64,000 bases of DNA. Origin: Saccostrea echinata. Taxonomy: Eukaryota. The stretch is taken from positions 13,950,001 through 14,014,000 of the forward strand of contig NW_026889801.1 in assembly GCF_033153115.1 (NCBI RefSeq), given 5' to 3'. Under the pieces are notes generated by a model. The model saw only the letters and a list, made by a program, of their open reading frames with translations, did not search any database and was not told where the DNA came from. Below are positions 59,966 through 64,000 of the stretch, piece by piece. Position 1 is the stretch's first letter. Each line of letters begins with the position of its first letter. Both the position numbers and the translations under genes were made by a program.

Positions 59966-61157
59966 TATTATGACGTCATTGTTCTTACTTATGGATGTAA
60001 TAAAACACATCAACAAAACGGCTTCGGCGCAAGGGATTACCCTATTTAATTTATACAACTGAGCTGTTGATATTTGTGCAGCAATATCAGCAACCTTTGG
60101 AATATTCTGCCTCTAAATATATCTTGTTTCAGTTAAATAAAATAGAGCATGCCCTTGCGCCGAAGCATTTTTGTTGATGTTCATTGTAATCTTGTGTAGT
60201 AAAGAACAACGATATCATAATATGACGTCATAATATGTACTGGCTATCTCATGTCGTGGGTACCAAGTATGTATTAGACAATAAGTTTTAACTTTCTCTG
60301 TATAATAGATAAAGTCTTTAGACATTTTAATTAGTTTATTTGCATAGAAATGCCTATACCTAGCCTTAACTCACCTGCGTCAAAACACAAACCCTACAGA
60401 GTCGGTTATGGAGGCATTCGATTAGTATAATCTACGCAAGTGAGTAAAGGCTAGGTATAGGCATTTCTAACTAACTAATAAACTAATTCAAATGCCTAAG
60501 CACTATACATATTATACAGAGAAAGTTAAAATTGAATGTCTTATACAAGTACATACTTGGTACCAACGACATGGTATACCTGGTGCACATTATGACGTCA
60601 TCTTATGACGTTATTTTTCTTTACTACACAAGATTATAAAGGACATTTACAAAAAAGCTTCGGCAAAAGGACATGCTCTATTACATTTAACCGAAACAAG
60701 GTATGTTTAGAAGCAAAATATTCCAAGGATTGCTGGTATTGCTGCACAAATATAAACAGCTCAGTTGTTAAATTACCATTTGAAAAGTTTTAAGTAGAAA
60801 CAGGGTAAAATTGTATAGTCCGGTATAAGTTTCCTCAAATTCCTATCAAATGAGAAAATGCCTAGGATTTGTGCAGCAGTTTTATTAATCAATAGAATAT
60901 TCTTCTTAGCCTTATACAATTCTTATGTAAAATGGAATTGGATAATCCCTTGCGCTGAAGCTGTTTTGCTGATGTGTTTTATTCCCTCCAGTAGGTAAGA
61001 ACAATGACGTCATAATATGACGTCATAATGTTCACTGGCTATAACATATCGTGGCTACTTAATATGTATAAGAAAATAAATCAGAACTTTCTCTGAATAA
61101 TAAATATACCTTTATTGCGTTTTAATTAGCTCATTTGCATAGAAACGCCCATACCTA
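59966..61157. repeat. Nested foldback (inverted) repeat complex
   Basis: 60055-60380 is the diverged reverse complement of 60434-60770; 59966-60040 is inverted relative to 60941-61018; 60946-61157 directly repeats ~60150-60380. Confidence 0.85.
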
Positions 61158-61702
61158 GCCTTAACTCACATGCGTAACTTTGTCATTTTTTAATTCCATT
61201 TAAAAAAAAAATGAATAGTTACAGGTACATAAAATATACCCCAAATCTGTTCACAGAACAAAAAAGCAATATTAACTTTAATTGATAAAAAAAATGAAAC
61301 ACTATATCTTGCTCTTTCATATTTTTTTACTCACTTTTTTTTCTTTTTCCTAGGATTTCAATCAAAACAATGACTAATAAGATCACAAAGCACCCAACTA
61401 CATACATAACGATGATGAATTCACCAGACCTGTAAATATATGTAAAAAAAGAGCAGCAAATAAGATAGAGTAGGATACGATTCATAAATATACTCTTTCC
61501 AAGATCACTAGCGTTTTCTGAATTAAAAAAAAATGCACCTTTATTTTTTGTTTGGGTATGACAACTTTCAAGTGAAGGGTTTATTTTCTTTTTAAAGAAT
61601 TAGATTTTTGGTAAGATTTGGAAAATTAATGTTGATAATGTTAGTATTTAATTGAGAGCTGATGTCTTGTTTATATCAGCTTGCCTCTGATTCATATGCT
61701 TA

Positions 61703-63985
61703 TCTATACTACTATATTAAAATCATAGACTCGAATTTTTGGCCTTTAATACCGATAAATCGGAAGAGTGCTTTTTTTATATATATATAGTTTAAACATC
61801 ATTGGTACATGTACTTGAAGATTACCAATTTGTTTTTATTTCTTCTCAATTAAGCTTCGCTAATTAATAATCAACGAAAATTCCTCAAAAAATTCCGGAA
61901 TTCATCTGGATTTTTTGGATTTTACAATTTTGCGCGTGCGCATTACATTCACGCTAAATCACGGTGTTCAAATCAGAGAAGACAAAAGTACTAAGTAGAT
62001 ATATATATATGTTATTTTATAATTTCTCCAATAAGAAATCATAAATATATATGAACAGAATATATAGCAAGTTTACAATGAAAATTTGCACGTATTTGTA
62101 TTATCGTTTCTGAGTTTATCCATGTAAATGTGATATTGTGGCCATGTGGGTAATCATTAGCCATCTCGGAGACACATTTGTTATATGTCATTTATGTATC
62201 TGGCCATCTCAACGGACGCAAAAAGCTCATGATCGTAGGAACAATATTAATGTAAATACCCGATTTTATTTTATCCTTCCTTTCTTTTATGCTTTTTTGA
62301 GGGGAAGGGGGGATGCTACAACTCCAGCTAGAATCACATCTTAGTGAAGTAGACATTCTTTTTCCGCCAAAAATTACAATAACATTATTTTTCATTTTTT
62401 AACTTTGAAATAAATCGAAATAATCAAATAACGTCAATATAGCCGATATTTTTCAAATTGAAATGTGTCAAAATGATTGCAACTTGGATTTGTTCGCCAT
62501 GTTTACTATTACCTTCACTGCTGGGATTTATAACGCGGTAAATATCAAACATAAACTAAGGGCAAAAAAATATTTGATTCCATGCAAATAATTCACATTA
62601 TATTTCTTAGGAGAGTGTAGTGAAATTAATATAGCATTATTGTAGGCTTATAGCTTTGTTATGTAAATACATGTAATTACCTCTGACCCTGGTCTTACCC
62701 CGGAGTTACCTGGGGCCCAGGTATAACAAGTCAAATCCTATAGCCATGTTGTCAACAACGCGTACTTCCTATCTTTTATGTATGCCTTTGTGTTTATTGT
62801 CCTGCCTGTTTAGCAGCGTGTATGTCCATGCATATGTACCATGCATTCGTAGCTGTTATTTAAATAATAAAATGCTTTCTTAAGTGGTTCATGTGAGATA
62901 TGTATGACACTAGCATAAAAGTAGCATGTAACCCGTATTAGCGGATTATGTAATTTTTTTCTGCAATGTTTGCGATGTGCATTTCCCACGTGAACCATCA
63001 AAGAAAGCATTTTATTGTTTATATTCAAATTCACCTCCAAAAATTTCTTTAACTTTAAAAAAAAAAGCGGGTGAAATTTGTAAATTATTGTTATTGATCT
63101 TCAGTACGTTATATGGAAGGGACAGCCTCTTCTTCTAAATATGTAAAGGTTGTCATGGTAACTACGCTTGATAGGTAGACTGAAGTCAGCCCATGCAGCC
63201 CGTACACAGTTCATTTTATCAATGCTGCTAAAATATCGATCGTTTATAAAATATAATCCATGCATAGTAAATCTCAAAACTATGAGATGGGACAAAATTA
63301 AGATCGTAAAAAATATATTTATTCATTGATGAATCAATTATATTTAATCGTAGCAAACAAACTAACGTTTTATTAAATCGCCACAAGAAAAAATACACCA
63401 GCGTGAAAACAAGTTGTCTTCTTCAGCAACCATGACAGTTCTCATGTGATGTAATGACTATTGATTGAAAACGTTTAACACTGCAGTAGATTAACTTTTG
63501 TTATCACTAAATAGATATATAAATGTTTCTGAGGAATTTTTTTTTTTATTTTGCTGCATTATTTACGTATGAAGTAAGAAAAATTCCCAATATTCAGTTC
63601 AAGATCCGCTCCCAAATTCTCATTGGCTGTCCCAAAATAAAATCGGTCAAGGTCAGTTAACTTTAAAGTTTGTGGTAAACTCAGACTTTACTAAATACAT
63701 GTATTTTGAAAAAAATTATGCTCTGAATAATTACACGACTACACATTATTTTAAAATGTTTCTGATTGCATTGTATGATTTCAACTAAAAAATGGAAATG
63801 GTATAGTATGATCCAAAAAGAGTTGTAACCTCCACCCCCATCCCCAGGAAAAGGCTTCATTATTGCAGCAAGAAATACTTTCAAGTTCCTACTTTCCTAC
63901 TTAGGATACCCTTGGTAAATGTCCGAAATGTACACGGATGCATTCATAACAATGTCAACCCGTGCACGCACGGGTCAAAGTCTAG
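61703..63985 (+). mobile_element. Non-autonomous Helitron
   Basis: 5' A|TCTATACTACTATATTAAAA; 3' hairpin ACCCGTGC-AC-GCACGGGT (63958-63975) followed by CTAG|T; no TSD; no Rep/helicase ORF. Confidence 0.8.
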
Positions 63986-64000
63986 TGCGTATATAAAAAA

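Overview
AT-rich, repeat-dense eukaryotic genomic DNA, most consistent with a bivalve mollusc such as an oyster (inferred from the repeat and gene families). The main feature is a complete 20,000-bp Maverick/Polinton (adintovirus-like) endogenous virus at 32589-52588, with AGTAGT termini and a 6-bp GTTACT TSD. It encodes pPolB, IAP, packaging ATPase, integrase, minor and major capsid, core proteins, adenain protease, RING-like paralogues and a macrodomain. This copy carries several nonsense/frameshift lesions and a 2.3-kb internal inverted duplication. Its accessory genes share a repeated kB-like + MEF2-like + TATA + Inr promoter module. The left part holds a nested stack: a Helentron-type element contains an endonuclease-less Penelope-like retroelement (separate coiled-coil ORF1, RT, two inverted hammerhead ribozymes), which in turn contains a TA-TSD DNA transposon. 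Two spliced host genes that the ORF track misses or captures only in part were reconstructed: a small 6-Cys secreted/GPI-type protein (18915-22391) and an EGF-repeat transmembrane receptor with an ITAM-like tail (54833-56626). The remainder is SINEs, a decayed L1/Tx1-like LINE, Helitrons/HINEs, non-autonomous DNA transposons and foldback repeats.
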